Source of the DNA: Candidatus Eiseniibacteriota bacterium
Lineage (GTDB): Bacteria; Eisenbacteria; RBG-16-71-46; CAVPCR01
DNA: 64,000 nt
Assembly: GCA_963823555.1 (NCBI GenBank)
Contig: CAWGMA010000001.1
Span: forward strand, 416,001 to 480,000
Direction of reading: 5' to 3'
In this document: piece by piece, positions 1 through 13,271 of the stretch
Layout: each line of letters starts with the position of its first letter
Numbering within the stretch: position 1 is the stretch's first letter
Made by a program: the position numbers and the translations under genes
Notes under the pieces: model-generated
Told to the model about the DNA's origin: nothing
The model's database searches: none
The model's input: the letters and a program-made list of their open reading frames with translations, nothing else

Positions 1-1459
1 TCGTGAATTCCGGGTGAACGACCAGGGGCAAACCGACGAGGAGCGATTCTCGAGCCAGCTGCGTTCCAACGTGACCTTCGCCAAGAGCTGGTCCACCCAG
101 AGCGCGCGCGTGACCCTGGAGCGGACCCAGAATCTGCAGAACCTGAGCGGACAGACCCAGCCCGGCAAGGGCACGGTCACCGGCAGCCTCCCGTCGCTCT
201 CGTATTCCTTTCAGAGCCGTCCGATCGGCCGGCGGCCCGACGCCAAGGGGCGCGACGGCCGCTGGCCCGCGCTCGCCACCACCAACTACTCGTTCTCGGG
301 TGACTACCGCCGGGGATTCGATTCCCGGCGGGCTCCGAGCGCCTATCTGCAGACCGCCTCGGGCCGGGCCACCGTCTCCGACGGCCGCCGGGCCGGCGTG
401 CTCAACCTGACCCCATCGTTCTCGGTGAACACGAGCTGGGATGAATACCTGGAGCTGGCTCCCGACACCGCAGGGGTGATCCGCCGCGGGGACGAAGATG
501 TCTTCCGCGGGCAGTACAGCGCCGGCCTGACCACACGGACCGAGATCTACGGCATGCTGAGTCCGGCCCTCGGCCCCTTCAAGGGCTTCCGCCATATCGT
601 GACCCCGACCGCCTCGCTGTCCTTCGCCAAGCGGTTCGACTCGCGCTCCCTGGTCTCCACCGGACCGGCCAGCTCGTCCTTGAACTTCGGCGTGTCCAAT
701 CGCATCGAGACGCGGCTCCCGGGCGACAAGGGCAAGCTTCGCGTGGTGCGTGATTTCCTCACCTTCAACCTCGCCTCAACTTACGATCTTTCCAATCGTT
801 CCGCCCGCCGCTTAACCCCGATTCGACTCGATGCACGCCTCCGCCCCGGCGTCGGCCGCGACATCGAGGTGGCGTATGCGACCACCTATGACCCCTACGC
901 CATGCGTCCCACTCGCTACGACATCTCCGGCCGATTCACCTTCGTGCGGGCCGGCGGGACGGTGTCGACGGCGCGGCCGGGGGAGGTGCCGCCGGGTCAG
1001 CTGCGCGGAGATGACATGCTGGGCCTCGGCGACGACGGCCAGCCCGAGGGCGGCGCCGTCGTCGATTCGGGAGACGTCGGTGGCCGCTCGGACGCCGCGC
1101 TCGGTGCTGCGGTCTCGCCGGCCGAACTCTTCCCGCGCGCCTTCTCCGCCGGTGGCACCATCTCCTACGCCGGGGGGGGCGGGGGCGACAAGACCCTGCA
1201 GGCCAGCTTCGACACGACTTTCAGACCGACGCCCAAGTGGCGGCTCGAATATCGGCTACGCTACGACCTCATGGATCGCGATGTGATTGCCCAGAGCTAT
1301 GCCGTGGTGCGCGATCTCCACTGCTGGGAGGCCCAGTTCCGCCGTACCTACGACGTCGGGAACTGGGAGTACTACTTCCGGATCGCGATCAAGGATCTGC
1401 CGGAGATCTTCTACGAGAGAGGTCGCGAGCGCTCGAACCTGCCGAGCCTGATCCGGTAG
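1..1459 (+). CDS. lptD: LPS-assembly outer-membrane beta-barrel protein LptD, C-terminal part (5'-truncated by window edge)
   Basis: The frame is open from position 2. Amphipathic beta-strands lead to the C-terminal 'VVRDLHCWEAQF...YYFRIAIK' typical of FCB-type LptD. Confidence 0.75.
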   Translation, partial: REFRVNDQGQTDEERFSSQLRSNVTFAKSWSTQSARVTLERTQNLQNLSGQTQPGKGTVTGSLPSLSYSFQSRPIGRRPDAKGRDGRWPALATTNYSFSGDYRRGFDSRRAPSAYLQTASGRATVSDGRRAGVLNLTPSFSVNTSWDEYLELAPDTAGVIRRGDEDVFRGQYSAGLTTRTEIYGMLSPALGPFKGFRHIVTPTASLSFAKRFDSRSLVSTGPASSSLNFGVSNRIETRLPGDKGKLRVVRDFLTFNLASTYDLSNRSARRLTPIRLDARLRPGVGRDIEVAYATTYDPYAMRPTRYDISGRFTFVRAGGTVSTARPGEVPPGQLRGDDMLGLGDDGQPEGGAVVDSGDVGGRSDAALGAAVSPAELFPRAFSAGGTISYAGGGGGDKTLQASFDTTFRPTPKWRLEYRLRYDLMDRDVIAQSYAVVRDLHCWEAQFRRTYDVGNWEYYFRIAIKDLPEIFYERGRERSNLPSLIR

Positions 1460-1474
1460 CGCAGCCGATCTTGC

Positions 1475-1504
1475 CGATTGAGCGCGTCGCAACGCGCTCA
1501 ATCG
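1475..1504 (+). terminator. Perfect 13-bp hairpin after lptD
   Basis: CGATTGAGCGCGT-CGCA-ACGCGCTCAATCG; there is no clear U-tract. Confidence 0.5.
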
Positions 1505-1599
1505 AAGCTCGAATCCGCGAAATGCCGCAGCGGCGGCCGAGGATCGTGATCCCGAGGCGAAGAAAACTGCGCCCTGCTGAGAATTCTCGCGCTTTTCCG

Positions 1600-1629
1600 T
1601 TGACAGGGCGCGTAATCACTGCGTAGTTT
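1600..1629 (+). promoter_or_regulatory. Sigma70-type promoter for HU gene
   Basis: TTGACA (1600-1605), 18-nt spacer, TAGTTT (1624-1629). Confidence 0.6.
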
Positions 1630-1724
1630 GCCTCGCGAACGGAAGGACGTCCCGTGATCACGGCCTTTCCTCTCGCGGCTGTGTACGAGGACGTCGTACC
1701 GGATCCCGATGAAGGGGGTAGGTA

Positions 1725-2030
1725 GTGAATAAGACCGAGCTCACGGCTGCCGTGGCTGAGCGGGTTGGCCTCAGCCTCAAGGATGCTCGCGTCACCGTCG
1801 ATGCCATCTTCGCGACGGACCGGCGTGGCATCATCTCCTCCGAACTGGCGGCAGGTCGCAAGGTGCAGATCACCGGGTTCGGCTCCTTCGAGACCCGCAA
1901 GCGCAAGGCACGGACCGGGAGAAACCCGCAGACAGGCGAGTCGATCGAGATCGCTGCCAGTCGCTATCCGGCCTTCCATCCCGGCCGGGCCCTCAAGGAG
2001 CGCGTCCGGATCAAGGGGAAGAAGGGCTAG
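1725..2030 (+). CDS. hup: HU family DNA-binding protein
   Basis: MNKTEL...VQITGFGSF...RTGRNPQTGE signature. Confidence 0.95.
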   Translation: MNKTELTAAVAERVGLSLKDARVTVDAIFATDRRGIISSELAAGRKVQITGFGSFETRKRKARTGRNPQTGESIEIAASRYPAFHPGRALKERVRIKGKKG

Positions 2031-2060
2031 TCTCAGGTCCGATTTCCCCGTCCCTACCGA

Positions 2061-2098
2061 GCGAGAGCCGGGATCTCCACCGAGGTCCCGGCTCTCGC
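2061..2098 (+). terminator. Long hairpin after hup
   Basis: GCGAGAGCCGGGATCT-CCACCG-AGGTCCCGGCTCTCGC, 16 bp with one G-U. Confidence 0.55.
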
Positions 2099-2334
2099 GC
2101 GTTGCGGGGCCCCTTGCCCCGCTGGAGAGGAGGATCCCTCCGACCTTCCGGGCCCGGACTTTTACCCAGCTTTGACTAGGGGCCCGGGGAGGGGCTCCGT
2201 AGAATCAGGCAGGCGCTCTGCGCGCCGGGCTTTCGAGTTGCCCCTTGGCCCCCCGGCCGGTAGATTCTGCCGGTCCGAATTCCCCACCATCTGTGACAGG
2301 CGGCGCCGATGGCGCCGCGGAGGCTCTTGAGAAC

Positions 2335-3318
2335 GTGCATCGCATCCATGACCGTCTTGCCTTCGGTTCGCTCCTCCTGGCTCTCGCGGTAGCCGGCGCC
2401 GGCGTCTCGGCCGAAGCTGCCAAACGCATCAAGGACCTTGAGCTGACCATCCTCTCCACGACCTCCAATCGCGGCGAGGTCGATCCCTGCGGCTGACACA
2501 AGTCCCAGAAGGGAGGGCTGGCCCGGAGGGCTGCCCTAATCGACTCGCTACGCACCGAACGAGGCGCCGTGCTCCTCGTCGACGCCGGGGACTATGCGCA
2601 TCCGACCATGACCCACGAGGATCGCGAGAACTGGTTCATCCTGCGCTCCATGGGCGGGATGCGCTATGACGCCATGACTCTCGGCGAACTCGAGCTCTAT
2701 CGCGGCACCGACTACGTCCAGTCGATCCTCGATTCGACCCGGGTACCGGTCACCCTCGCCAATGCCCGCTTCACGGCCGGCAACAAGCCGATCGGCGAGC
2801 CCTACCTCATCCACCAGGCGGGCGATGTCACCTATGGCATCATCGGACTCATCGGGCAGGATTTCGGGGAGGGCAAGGAGAAGTTCTCCGAGCTCGGGTT
2901 CACCATCGACGAGCCGTTCGAGACGGCGGCCAAGCTCGTCCCCGAGGTGAAGAAGAAGGCGGATGTGGTGGTCGTTCTCGCCCACTTGGGCTCCGCCGAT
3001 GCCTTCCAGCTGCCCAAGGCGGTGAAGGGTATCGACGTCGTCGTTTTCGGGCACTATCCGGGCACGGTCGCTCCGACCCAGGTGGAGGGGGCGGTCACGG
3101 TGCGCCCGGGGCAAAGGGGGCAGTACATGGGCGAGACCAAGCTCGTCCTGAGCCCCGAGAACCAGATCGTGTCCTACTCGGGCGAGGCGGTGGCCCTCGA
3201 TGTGAAGAAGATCGGCGAGGAACCGAAGATCGCCGCCGGGCTTGCTGCCTTGAAGAAGGTCCTGGGCAAGTCGGCGACGTCGGTCGGGGAAGCAGACGCC
3301 AGCCACTCGCTCGAGTGA
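2335..3318 (+). CDS. Exported UshA/5'-nucleotidase-like selenoprotein (Sec at TGA 2494-2496)
   Basis: GTG start follows GGAGG, then a signal peptide. ORFs 2245-2496 and 2569-3318 share a frame and join as GEVDPCG-U-HKSQKGGLARRAALIDSLR...LLVDAGD. A SECIS-like hairpin lies at 2514-2537. Confidence 0.85.
2514..2537 (+). promoter_or_regulatory. Candidate bacterial SECIS element
   Basis: AGGGC-U(bulge)-GGCCC-GGA-GGGCU-GCCCU, with a G-first apical loop 28 nt after the UGA. Confidence 0.65.
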
Positions 3319-3439
3319 GCGCGGCCGGTTGCGGCCGGTGACAGCGAAGGGATGAGGTTGCGGTGCGGACCGGTCGGTGGCTGACCGGCGGCGAGCGCCG
3401 GCAGAACGAGGCCAGTCCCGGCTCCGGAGGAAACAGCTG

Positions 3440-4825
3440 ATGCGGCAAGAAGGGGACCGGGGAATCAACTACTACCAGAGCATCGTCCAGACGATCGGCC
3501 GCACCCCGCTCGTCCGGCTCAACAAGATCGTCAAGGGACTGAAGCCGCTCCTTCTGGCCAAGGTCGAGAGCTTCAACCCCGGCGGCAGCGTCAAGGACCG
3601 TATCGGGTGCGCCATCATCGACGCCGCCGAACGCGAGGGGTTGCTCAAGCCGGGCGGCACGATCGTCGAGTCCACTTCCGGCAACACCGGGATCGGCCTC
3701 GCCCTGGTGGCCGCCACCCGCGGCTACCGGCTCATCGCCACCATGCCCGACAAGATGAGCCGGGAGAAGATCAATCTCCTCAAGGCGTACGGGGCCGAGG
3801 TCGTGGTCACCCCGACCGCCGTTCCCCCCGAGCACCCGGAGAGCTACTACGAGGTGGCCAAGCGGCTGGCCCGGGAGATCCCGGGCGCTTTCTACGCCAA
3901 CCAGTACTTCAACCCGGAGAACCCGCTTGCGCACTACAAGACCACGGGCCCCGAGATCTGGGAGCAGACCGGCGGGCAGGTCGATGTCTTCGTCGGCGGT
4001 CTCGGCACCGGCGGCACCATCTCCGGTGTCGGGCGCTATCTGAAAGAGAAGAACCCGGCGGTGCAGATCGTGGGCGCCGATCCGGTCGGGTCGATCCTCT
4101 GCCAGTACTTCTATACGCGCGAGGTCGGTCATGCCCACACCTACATGATCGAGGGCATCGGCGAGGACATCATTCCCGGCACCTCGCACTGGGAGTTCAT
4201 CGACCGCATGATCACGGTCTCCGATCACGAGGCCTACAACTGGGCGCGCCGCGTGTCACGCGAGGAAGGGATCTTGATCGGCAGTTCGGGCGGCGCGGCC
4301 ATCACCGCCGCGCTCACCGTGGCCCGGGAGCTCGATGAGCGGCATGTGATCATCGTGCTCTTGCCTGACACCGGTGAGCGCTACCTGACCAAGGTCCACT
4401 CCGACGAGTGGATGCGGGACAATCGCCTGCTCGATACTCACTTCGTCAAGGTCGGCGAGGTCCTGCGACGGAAGTCCAAGGAGCTACCGGCCCTGGTTGC
4501 CGTCGAGCTTCAGGAGCCGATCCGGAAGGCGCTCGATCTCATCCGTCGCTACAACATCTCGCAGCTTCCGGTGCGCCGGGAAGGGGAGATCGTGGGTTGC
4601 ATCGAGGAAGCGGCCATCATGTCCACCGTGCTCGAGGATGCGCAAACGCTCGATTCGCCGGTCGAGAAGATCATGCACCCGCCGCTCCATCGCGTGAAGG
4701 CCGATGACTCGGTCGATCAGGCCATCAAGTTGCTCGCCGATCGCAACGCCGTCCTGGTCGAGGAGACGGGGGAGCCCTGTGGCATCCTCACTCGCTTCGA
4801 TCTCATCGAATACGTGGCCACCTAG
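3440..4825 (+). CDS. cbs: Cystathionine beta-synthase (PLP) with C-terminal CBS pair
   Basis: AKVESFNPGGSVKDR, STSGNTG and GLGTGGT motifs, plus two C-terminal CBS domains. RBS GGAGG precedes ATG 3440. Confidence 0.9.
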   Translation: MRQEGDRGINYYQSIVQTIGRTPLVRLNKIVKGLKPLLLAKVESFNPGGSVKDRIGCAIIDAAEREGLLKPGGTIVESTSGNTGIGLALVAATRGYRLIATMPDKMSREKINLLKAYGAEVVVTPTAVPPEHPESYYEVAKRLAREIPGAFYANQYFNPENPLAHYKTTGPEIWEQTGGQVDVFVGGLGTGGTISGVGRYLKEKNPAVQIVGADPVGSILCQYFYTREVGHAHTYMIEGIGEDIIPGTSHWEFIDRMITVSDHEAYNWARRVSREEGILIGSSGGAAITAALTVARELDERHVIIVLLPDTGERYLTKVHSDEWMRDNRLLDTHFVKVGEVLRRKSKELPALVAVELQEPIRKALDLIRRYNISQLPVRREGEIVGCIEEAAIMSTVLEDAQTLDSPVEKIMHPPLHRVKADDSVDQAIKLLADRNAVLVEETGEPCGILTRFDLIEYVAT

Positions 4826-4862
4826 GTCCATTCGCCAGGCTGATCCCCGGAGGAAACGCGCC

Positions 4863-6068
4863 GTGTCGACCCGAACCGAACCTCGCCGCCCCATCGAGCC
4901 CCGCTCCCTGCAGGAGGGGGAGAAGGCCTGGCGCTTTGCCACGCTCGCCATCCACGCCGGGCAGGCGCCCGATCCCCTGACCGGTGCCGTCACCGTTCCC
5001 ATCTACCAGACCTCGACCTACCACCAGCCTGAGCTGGGGAAGCACAAGGGCTACGAGTACTCGCGTACGCAGAACCCGACCCGCTCGGCGCTCGAGGCGA
5101 ACCTGGCCGCGCTCGAAGGCGGTCGCTACGGCTTCGCCTTCGGCTCGGGAATGGCGGCCATCGGGGCCATCGCCCATCTCCTCGAGTCCGGGGATCACAT
5201 CGTGGCCTCCGATGACATGTACGGCGGTACCTACCGGCTCTTCAGCATGATGCTCCAGCGCTACGGGCTCGAGTTCAGCTTCGTCGATAGCGCGAGCCTC
5301 GAGGCGATCGAGGGAGCGATCCGGCCCAACACCCGCTTGATCTACGTCGAGACCCCGACCAACCCCCTCATGAAGGTGAGCGACCTCGCGGCGGTGGCTC
5401 GGCTCGGCCAGGAGCGGAAACTGCTCACGGTCTGCGACAACACCTTCATGACGCCTTTCTTCCAGCGACCGCTCGGGTTCGGGATCGACCTCGTCGTGCA
5501 CTCGACCACCAAGTACCTGAACGGGCACTCGGACATGGTCGGGGGCGCGGTCGTCACCGATCGGCAGGACCTGGCCGAGCGGCTGGCCTTCATCCAGAAC
5601 GCGGCCGGCGGGGTGCCCGGACCCTTCGACTCCTGGCTCGTGCTCCGCGGCACCAAGACGCTCGCCCTGCGCATGGAGCGGCACAACCAGAACGCCATGG
5701 CCATCGCCCAGTGGCTCGAGCGGCAGCCGAAGGTGAAGAAGATCCACTACCCGGGGCTTCCGAGTCATCCCGGGCACGAGCTCACGCAGCGCCAGGCGAC
5801 CGGCTTTGGCGGCATGATCTCGTTCGATCTGGAGACCATCGATCGGGCGCGGCGCTTCGTCGGCGCCGTGCGCGTGTTCACGCTGGCCGAGAGCCTGGGC
5901 GGGGTCGAGAGCCTGGTCTGCCATCCGGCGTCCATGACTCATGCCTCGGTCCCCGCGGCGGAACGGGCGCGAATCGGGCTCGGCGACGGGCTCGTGCGCC
6001 TGTCGGTCGGGGTCGAGGATGCCGAGGATCTGATCGCGGACGTGGAGCAGGCGCTCGCTCACGCCTAG
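4863..6068 (+). CDS. Cystathionine gamma-lyase/synthase (Cys/Met metabolism PLP enzyme)
   Basis: YEYSRTQNPTR, ETPTNP, DNTF, HSTTKYLNGHSD and AESLGGVESL motifs. GTG start follows GGAGG. Confidence 0.92.
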   Translation: MSTRTEPRRPIEPRSLQEGEKAWRFATLAIHAGQAPDPLTGAVTVPIYQTSTYHQPELGKHKGYEYSRTQNPTRSALEANLAALEGGRYGFAFGSGMAAIGAIAHLLESGDHIVASDDMYGGTYRLFSMMLQRYGLEFSFVDSASLEAIEGAIRPNTRLIYVETPTNPLMKVSDLAAVARLGQERKLLTVCDNTFMTPFFQRPLGFGIDLVVHSTTKYLNGHSDMVGGAVVTDRQDLAERLAFIQNAAGGVPGPFDSWLVLRGTKTLALRMERHNQNAMAIAQWLERQPKVKKIHYPGLPSHPGHELTQRQATGFGGMISFDLETIDRARRFVGAVRVFTLAESLGGVESLVCHPASMTHASVPAAERARIGLGDGLVRLSVGVEDAEDLIADVEQALAHA

Positions 6069-6102
6069 CCCCCGCCGCCAAGGGAGCTGAACCGAGCCGC
6101 CC

Positions 6103-7617
6103 ATGGTGCGACGGCACGCCACCCTGCTCGCGCTGGTCGTCTTCACCGCGCTCGCGTTGCCCTTCGTCGAGTATCGGACCGACGATACGTTCATCTTTCT
6201 GCGCTACGCCCACAACCTCGCCACCGGCAACGGGCTCTCATTCAATCCCGGAGAGCCGGTCTACGGCTTCACCTCGATCCTCTGGGTGTTCCTGCTGGCG
6301 ATCCCCGCCGCCCTCGGTCTGCCGGCGTTCGCAGCGGCCAAGGTGATCGCCTACGCGGCGGGTCTCCTGGCGATTCTCGCCTTCGCGGCATGGGCGCGGC
6401 GGCGCCTTCCGGTGGCGCTCGCCGGTCCGGCGACCATCGTCTTCGCCGCCAACGCCTGGCTCGTGCGCTGGAGTGCGGCCGCCATGGAGAGCGCGCTCGC
6501 CACGGCGCTCATCGTGGCCGGGCTATGGCGCCACCTGGCAGAGGTGGAAGACGAGAGGCGGGCTCCGCTCTCGGCGCTTCTCCTCGCGCTGGCCGTCCTC
6601 GCTCGCCCCGAGGCCGCGCTCGTACTCGCCTTCGCGCTCGGGGTCGAACTGGTGGGGGGGCGGCGGGCGGCCGGGCGCGCGGTGGTCGGGGGTCTCATCG
6701 CCGCATTGGTGCTCCTGCCGTGGTTCGCCTATGCGGAGCGCACCTTCGGCACCATCGTCCCCGAGACAGCGGAGGCCAAGGGCCGCCTCGCCCTCGCCGC
6801 CATCGATCTCGACCCCCTGCGCGACGTCGTGCGCGCCGTCGGGACCACGAGCGGGATCGAGGCGATCCTGCTCGTGGTGGGCGCGGCCCTCGCGCTCCTC
6901 GGTGCGCGCGCCGTGAGCACGGGACGGGTGCCTGCCGCCCAGGCGATCCGGCGGGACGGACCCGCTCTCCTCTGGCTCATCGGTCTCCCGCTCCTCTACC
7001 TGGCCACCGGATTCGATGTCCTCTCGCGCTACGCCCTGCCCCTGATCCCCGTGGTCGTGCTCTATGGGTTCCTGGCGCTCACGCGCTTCGCGCGCGGGGA
7101 GCGCGGCCTCGCCCGCGCCGGCGCGCTTCTCGCCGTGCTCGTCCTCGTGCAGAACGCGGCGGTGCTGGCTCGTGTCGTCTACCCGCACACGCACCATTTC
7201 AGCCGCGGGGTCGAGGACTGCCTGGGCGGTCTCGGGCGCTGGTGTCGTGACAACACGCCTCCGGGCAGCGCCATCGCGATCGCCGACATCGGCGCCTTCG
7301 GCTACTATTCCGAGCGCCGGGTGATCGATCTCGCCGGTCTCGTCACGCCCGAGCTGATCCCGATCGTGAATGAGCATCCCATCGACGAGATCGCGGCCGG
7401 ACTCCTGTTCGCCGCTCGCTTCCGGCCGGCATACCTGGTCGACCGGCATCGGGAGCCGGAACGGCTGGCGGGCACCCGGGGCGGCGTCTTCGAGCCGGTC
7501 CAGTGGTGCCGCATCGAGGGGCTCGGGGTGCGCGCGCCCGAGACGATCGCCTACACGCTCTACCGCCTGCACTGGGATATCTACGACCAGGCGCAGCAAT
7601 CCACGAAGGGGCCCTGA
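6103..7617 (+). CDS. Polytopic membrane GT-C glycosyltransferase-like protein
   Basis: DDTFIFLRYA.N...G.G..FNPGE.V.GFTS motif, many TM helices, RPE motif and a C-terminal 'DIGAFGYYS...IDLAGL'. Confidence 0.75.
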   Translation: MVRRHATLLALVVFTALALPFVEYRTDDTFIFLRYAHNLATGNGLSFNPGEPVYGFTSILWVFLLAIPAALGLPAFAAAKVIAYAAGLLAILAFAAWARRRLPVALAGPATIVFAANAWLVRWSAAAMESALATALIVAGLWRHLAEVEDERRAPLSALLLALAVLARPEAALVLAFALGVELVGGRRAAGRAVVGGLIAALVLLPWFAYAERTFGTIVPETAEAKGRLALAAIDLDPLRDVVRAVGTTSGIEAILLVVGAALALLGARAVSTGRVPAAQAIRRDGPALLWLIGLPLLYLATGFDVLSRYALPLIPVVVLYGFLALTRFARGERGLARAGALLAVLVLVQNAAVLARVVYPHTHHFSRGVEDCLGGLGRWCRDNTPPGSAIAIADIGAFGYYSERRVIDLAGLVTPELIPIVNEHPIDEIAAGLLFAARFRPAYLVDRHREPERLAGTRGGVFEPVQWCRIEGLGVRAPETIAYTLYRLHWDIYDQAQQSTKGP

Positions 7618-7639
7618 GCCGGGCGCCGGAGGTCGCGCC

Positions 7640-8176
7640 ATGGACGCGATATGGAGCTTTCTCGGCTGGATCGGGTTCGGGACCGGACTCCTGGCCGGTC
7701 TCCTCATGATCCCGCTCGGCCTCGGCGGTACCTTCGTCATCCTCGCGCTCGGCCTCGGGCTCGGCCTCGTCACCGGCTTCGAGCGCGTCGAGTGGCAGGT
7801 CCTGGTGGTGCTCGCCTTCCTGGCGGTGATGGGGGAGGTCATCGAGTCGTTCCTCGGCATATTCACCGTGCGACGCTTCGGCGCCTCGAAGCACGCCATG
7901 CTCGGCACCTTCGTGGGCGGGATCGCCGGCGGTACTCTGGGCACCGGTTGGATCCCGGTCGTGGGGAGCCTCATCGGTGCCTTCGCGGGCGCCTTCGCCG
8001 GTGCCGTGATCGGCGAGGTGATCTATCGCCGGAAGTTCGCCGGCACCATGCAAGCGGGATGGGCGGCCTTCCTGGGGCGGGTGGCGGCAGCCGTGATCAA
8101 GTTCGAGATCGGTGTCGTCATGGTGATCCTCCTCGTCTGGCGTGTCCTCGAGAACCCGCCGCAGCCCGGAGGGTGA
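7640..8176 (+). CDS. DUF456 family membrane protein
   Basis: Gly-rich TM protein with RRFGASK, G.LIGAF.GA..GE motifs. RBS GGAGG. Confidence 0.8.
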   Translation: MDAIWSFLGWIGFGTGLLAGLLMIPLGLGGTFVILALGLGLGLVTGFERVEWQVLVVLAFLAVMGEVIESFLGIFTVRRFGASKHAMLGTFVGGIAGGTLGTGWIPVVGSLIGAFAGAFAGAVIGEVIYRRKFAGTMQAGWAAFLGRVAAAVIKFEIGVVMVILLVWRVLENPPQPGG

Positions 8177-8263
8177 CGGGGGAATGTGCTAGCATGCCGC
8201 CACGAGGCAAGGGCGCCTCGTGGTCGCAGCGGTGATCGTGCCCGGTCTGGTGGAGGAGGGTCG

Positions 8264-9040
8264 TTGGGCGCGCGGTGGCTCCAGAACCTCCGTCTCGAAC
8301 GGACCTTGATCGCATTCATCGCCGGATGCGCGCTCATTGCGGCCGCCGGATGCGGCGCCGCCGAGCAGGAGGCCGAGCCTGCAGCCGGGGGCGAGTCCAG
8401 TGGCGGCGAGACCGCGGCGCGGGCCCGCATGATCGAGGACACGATCGTTGCCCGCGGGGTGCGCGATTCCCTGGTGCTCGCCGCGATCATGGCCGTGCCC
8501 CGCCACCTCTTCGTGCCGGAATCGTTGCGATCTCTCGCCTATGCCGATCAGCCGCTTCCGATCGGTGAAGATCAAACCATCTCCCAGCCCTACATCGTTG
8601 CCTTGATGACCGAACTCCTCGATCTCAGCCCGGGGGAGAAGGTGCTCGAGATCGGCACCGGCTCCGGATATCAAGCTGCCGTCCTTGCCGAGATCACCGA
8701 TCACGTCTACTCGATCGAGATCGTCGAATCGCTGGCCCGGAGCGCCGCAGCGCGTCTTGCCGCCTTGGGCTACGAGCAGGTCGAGGTGCGTGCCGGCGAT
8801 GGCTACCGTGGCTGGCCGGAAGCGGCACCCTACGACGCGATCGTGGTCACGGCGGCACCCGATCATGTGCCGGCGCCACTCGTCGAGCAGCTCGCCCCCG
8901 GGGGGCGGCTCGTGATCCCGGTCGGGGACCATTTCCAGGAGCTCATGGTGGTGGCGCGAGCCCCGGACGGCACGATCGAGAAGCGGGCCGTGATTCCAGT
9001 CCGCTTCGTCCCGATGACGGGGGAGGCGGAGCGCCGATGA
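8264..9040 (+). CDS. pcm: Protein-L-isoaspartate O-methyltransferase with lipoprotein-like N-terminus (start uncertain)
   Basis: VPRHLFVP, QTISQPYIVA, VLEIGTGSGYQAA and VRFVPM motifs. Confidence 0.93.
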   Translation: MGARWLQNLRLERTLIAFIAGCALIAAAGCGAAEQEAEPAAGGESSGGETAARARMIEDTIVARGVRDSLVLAAIMAVPRHLFVPESLRSLAYADQPLPIGEDQTISQPYIVALMTELLDLSPGEKVLEIGTGSGYQAAVLAEITDHVYSIEIVESLARSAAARLAALGYEQVEVRAGDGYRGWPEAAPYDAIVVTAAPDHVPAPLVEQLAPGGRLVIPVGDHFQELMVVARAPDGTIEKRAVIPVRFVPMTGEAERR

Positions 9041-9345
9041 CGGAACGATCGCCAGCCAGGGACGGCGGTGGCGTTCGCCGGCGCGTCCGCCTCCTCATCT
9101 CCGGGCGCGTGCAGGGCGTCTTCTACCGGGCCACGACCGCCTCTCGCGGGCGGGAACTCGGGCTCAGCGGATTCGCCCGGAACCTGGCGGATGGGCGGGT
9201 CGAGGTGGTGGCGGAAGGATCTCCATCGGCGGTGGAGGCGCTCATCGTCTTCTGCCGCGAAGGGCCGCCGGCGGCCCGCGTGGCCGGAGTCGAGATCAAC
9301 GAGCTCGAGCCCACGGGCGAGGGCGGCAGGTTCGGTGTGACCTAG
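9037..9345 (+). CDS. acyP: Acylphosphatase
   Basis: GRVQGVFYR and G.ARNL.DGRVEV motifs. Confidence 0.93.
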   Translation: MTERSPARDGGGVRRRVRLLISGRVQGVFYRATTASRGRELGLSGFARNLADGRVEVVAEGSPSAVEALIVFCREGPPAARVAGVEINELEPTGEGGRFGVT

Positions 9346-9354
9346 GAGGAGAGC

Positions 9355-12592
<3,238 letters not shown>

Positions 12593-12622
12593 GGCTAGCG
12601 TGGGGCGTATGAAGGGCAGGTG

Positions 12623-13042
12623 ATGGAAGCGCGCTTCTGGCAGATCGAGCACACGGCGGACGTGGCCATCGCCGCGTCGGGGCCCGATCTCACATCGCTA
12701 TTCGACCGCTGTGCCGCCGGCATGTTCAGCCTCATCGTGGAGGGCGAGCCGATCGCGCCGCGAGAGGAGTTTCGGGTGGAGGCTGAAGGAGAGGACCAAG
12801 AGGAGCTCCTCGTCGATTTCCTGCGCGAGCTCCTGTGGCTCCATGCCAGGCACGACTTCCTCTATGCGGAAGCCGACTTCGAGGAGCTTGGTCCGCAGCG
12901 CCTCGTGGCGCGGGTGCGGGGGGAGCGCGTCGATCCCGAGCATCACCAGCTGGTCCGGGAGATCAAGGCGGTCACCTATCACGGGCTCGAGATGGTGTGT
13001 GGAGAGGGGATCTGTACGGCGCGAATCATCTTCGATGTATGA
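12623..13042 (+). CDS. Archease (RtcB activator family)
   Basis: EHTADV...EIKAVTYHGL...IFDV signature. Confidence 0.92.
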   Translation: MEARFWQIEHTADVAIAASGPDLTSLFDRCAAGMFSLIVEGEPIAPREEFRVEAEGEDQEELLVDFLRELLWLHARHDFLYAEADFEELGPQRLVARVRGERVDPEHHQLVREIKAVTYHGLEMVCGEGICTARIIFDV

Positions 13043-13271
13043 GGTGTGGGGAGTGGCGCCTTGGCGTGAATGGCGACATCCCGGTGGCGATGTGAGCATT
13101 GCAGGAGAGACCGGCAACGATGACGACAAGATCTCCGACATTGACCTGATACGGCGTGCGTGTTAACGTCCCCATCGCTCAATGATCATGCGTCGCGACC
13201 TGAGGTGCGATCGCCTGATCCATCCCTGACTCATGGACAGACTCTCTACATGCAGAGCAGAAGGGGGATCG

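Noticed and set aside
13035..13166. Short ORF ending SDIDLIRRAC, reminiscent of an ECF sigma-factor N-terminus
   Set aside because: Too short to support, with no further similarity visible.
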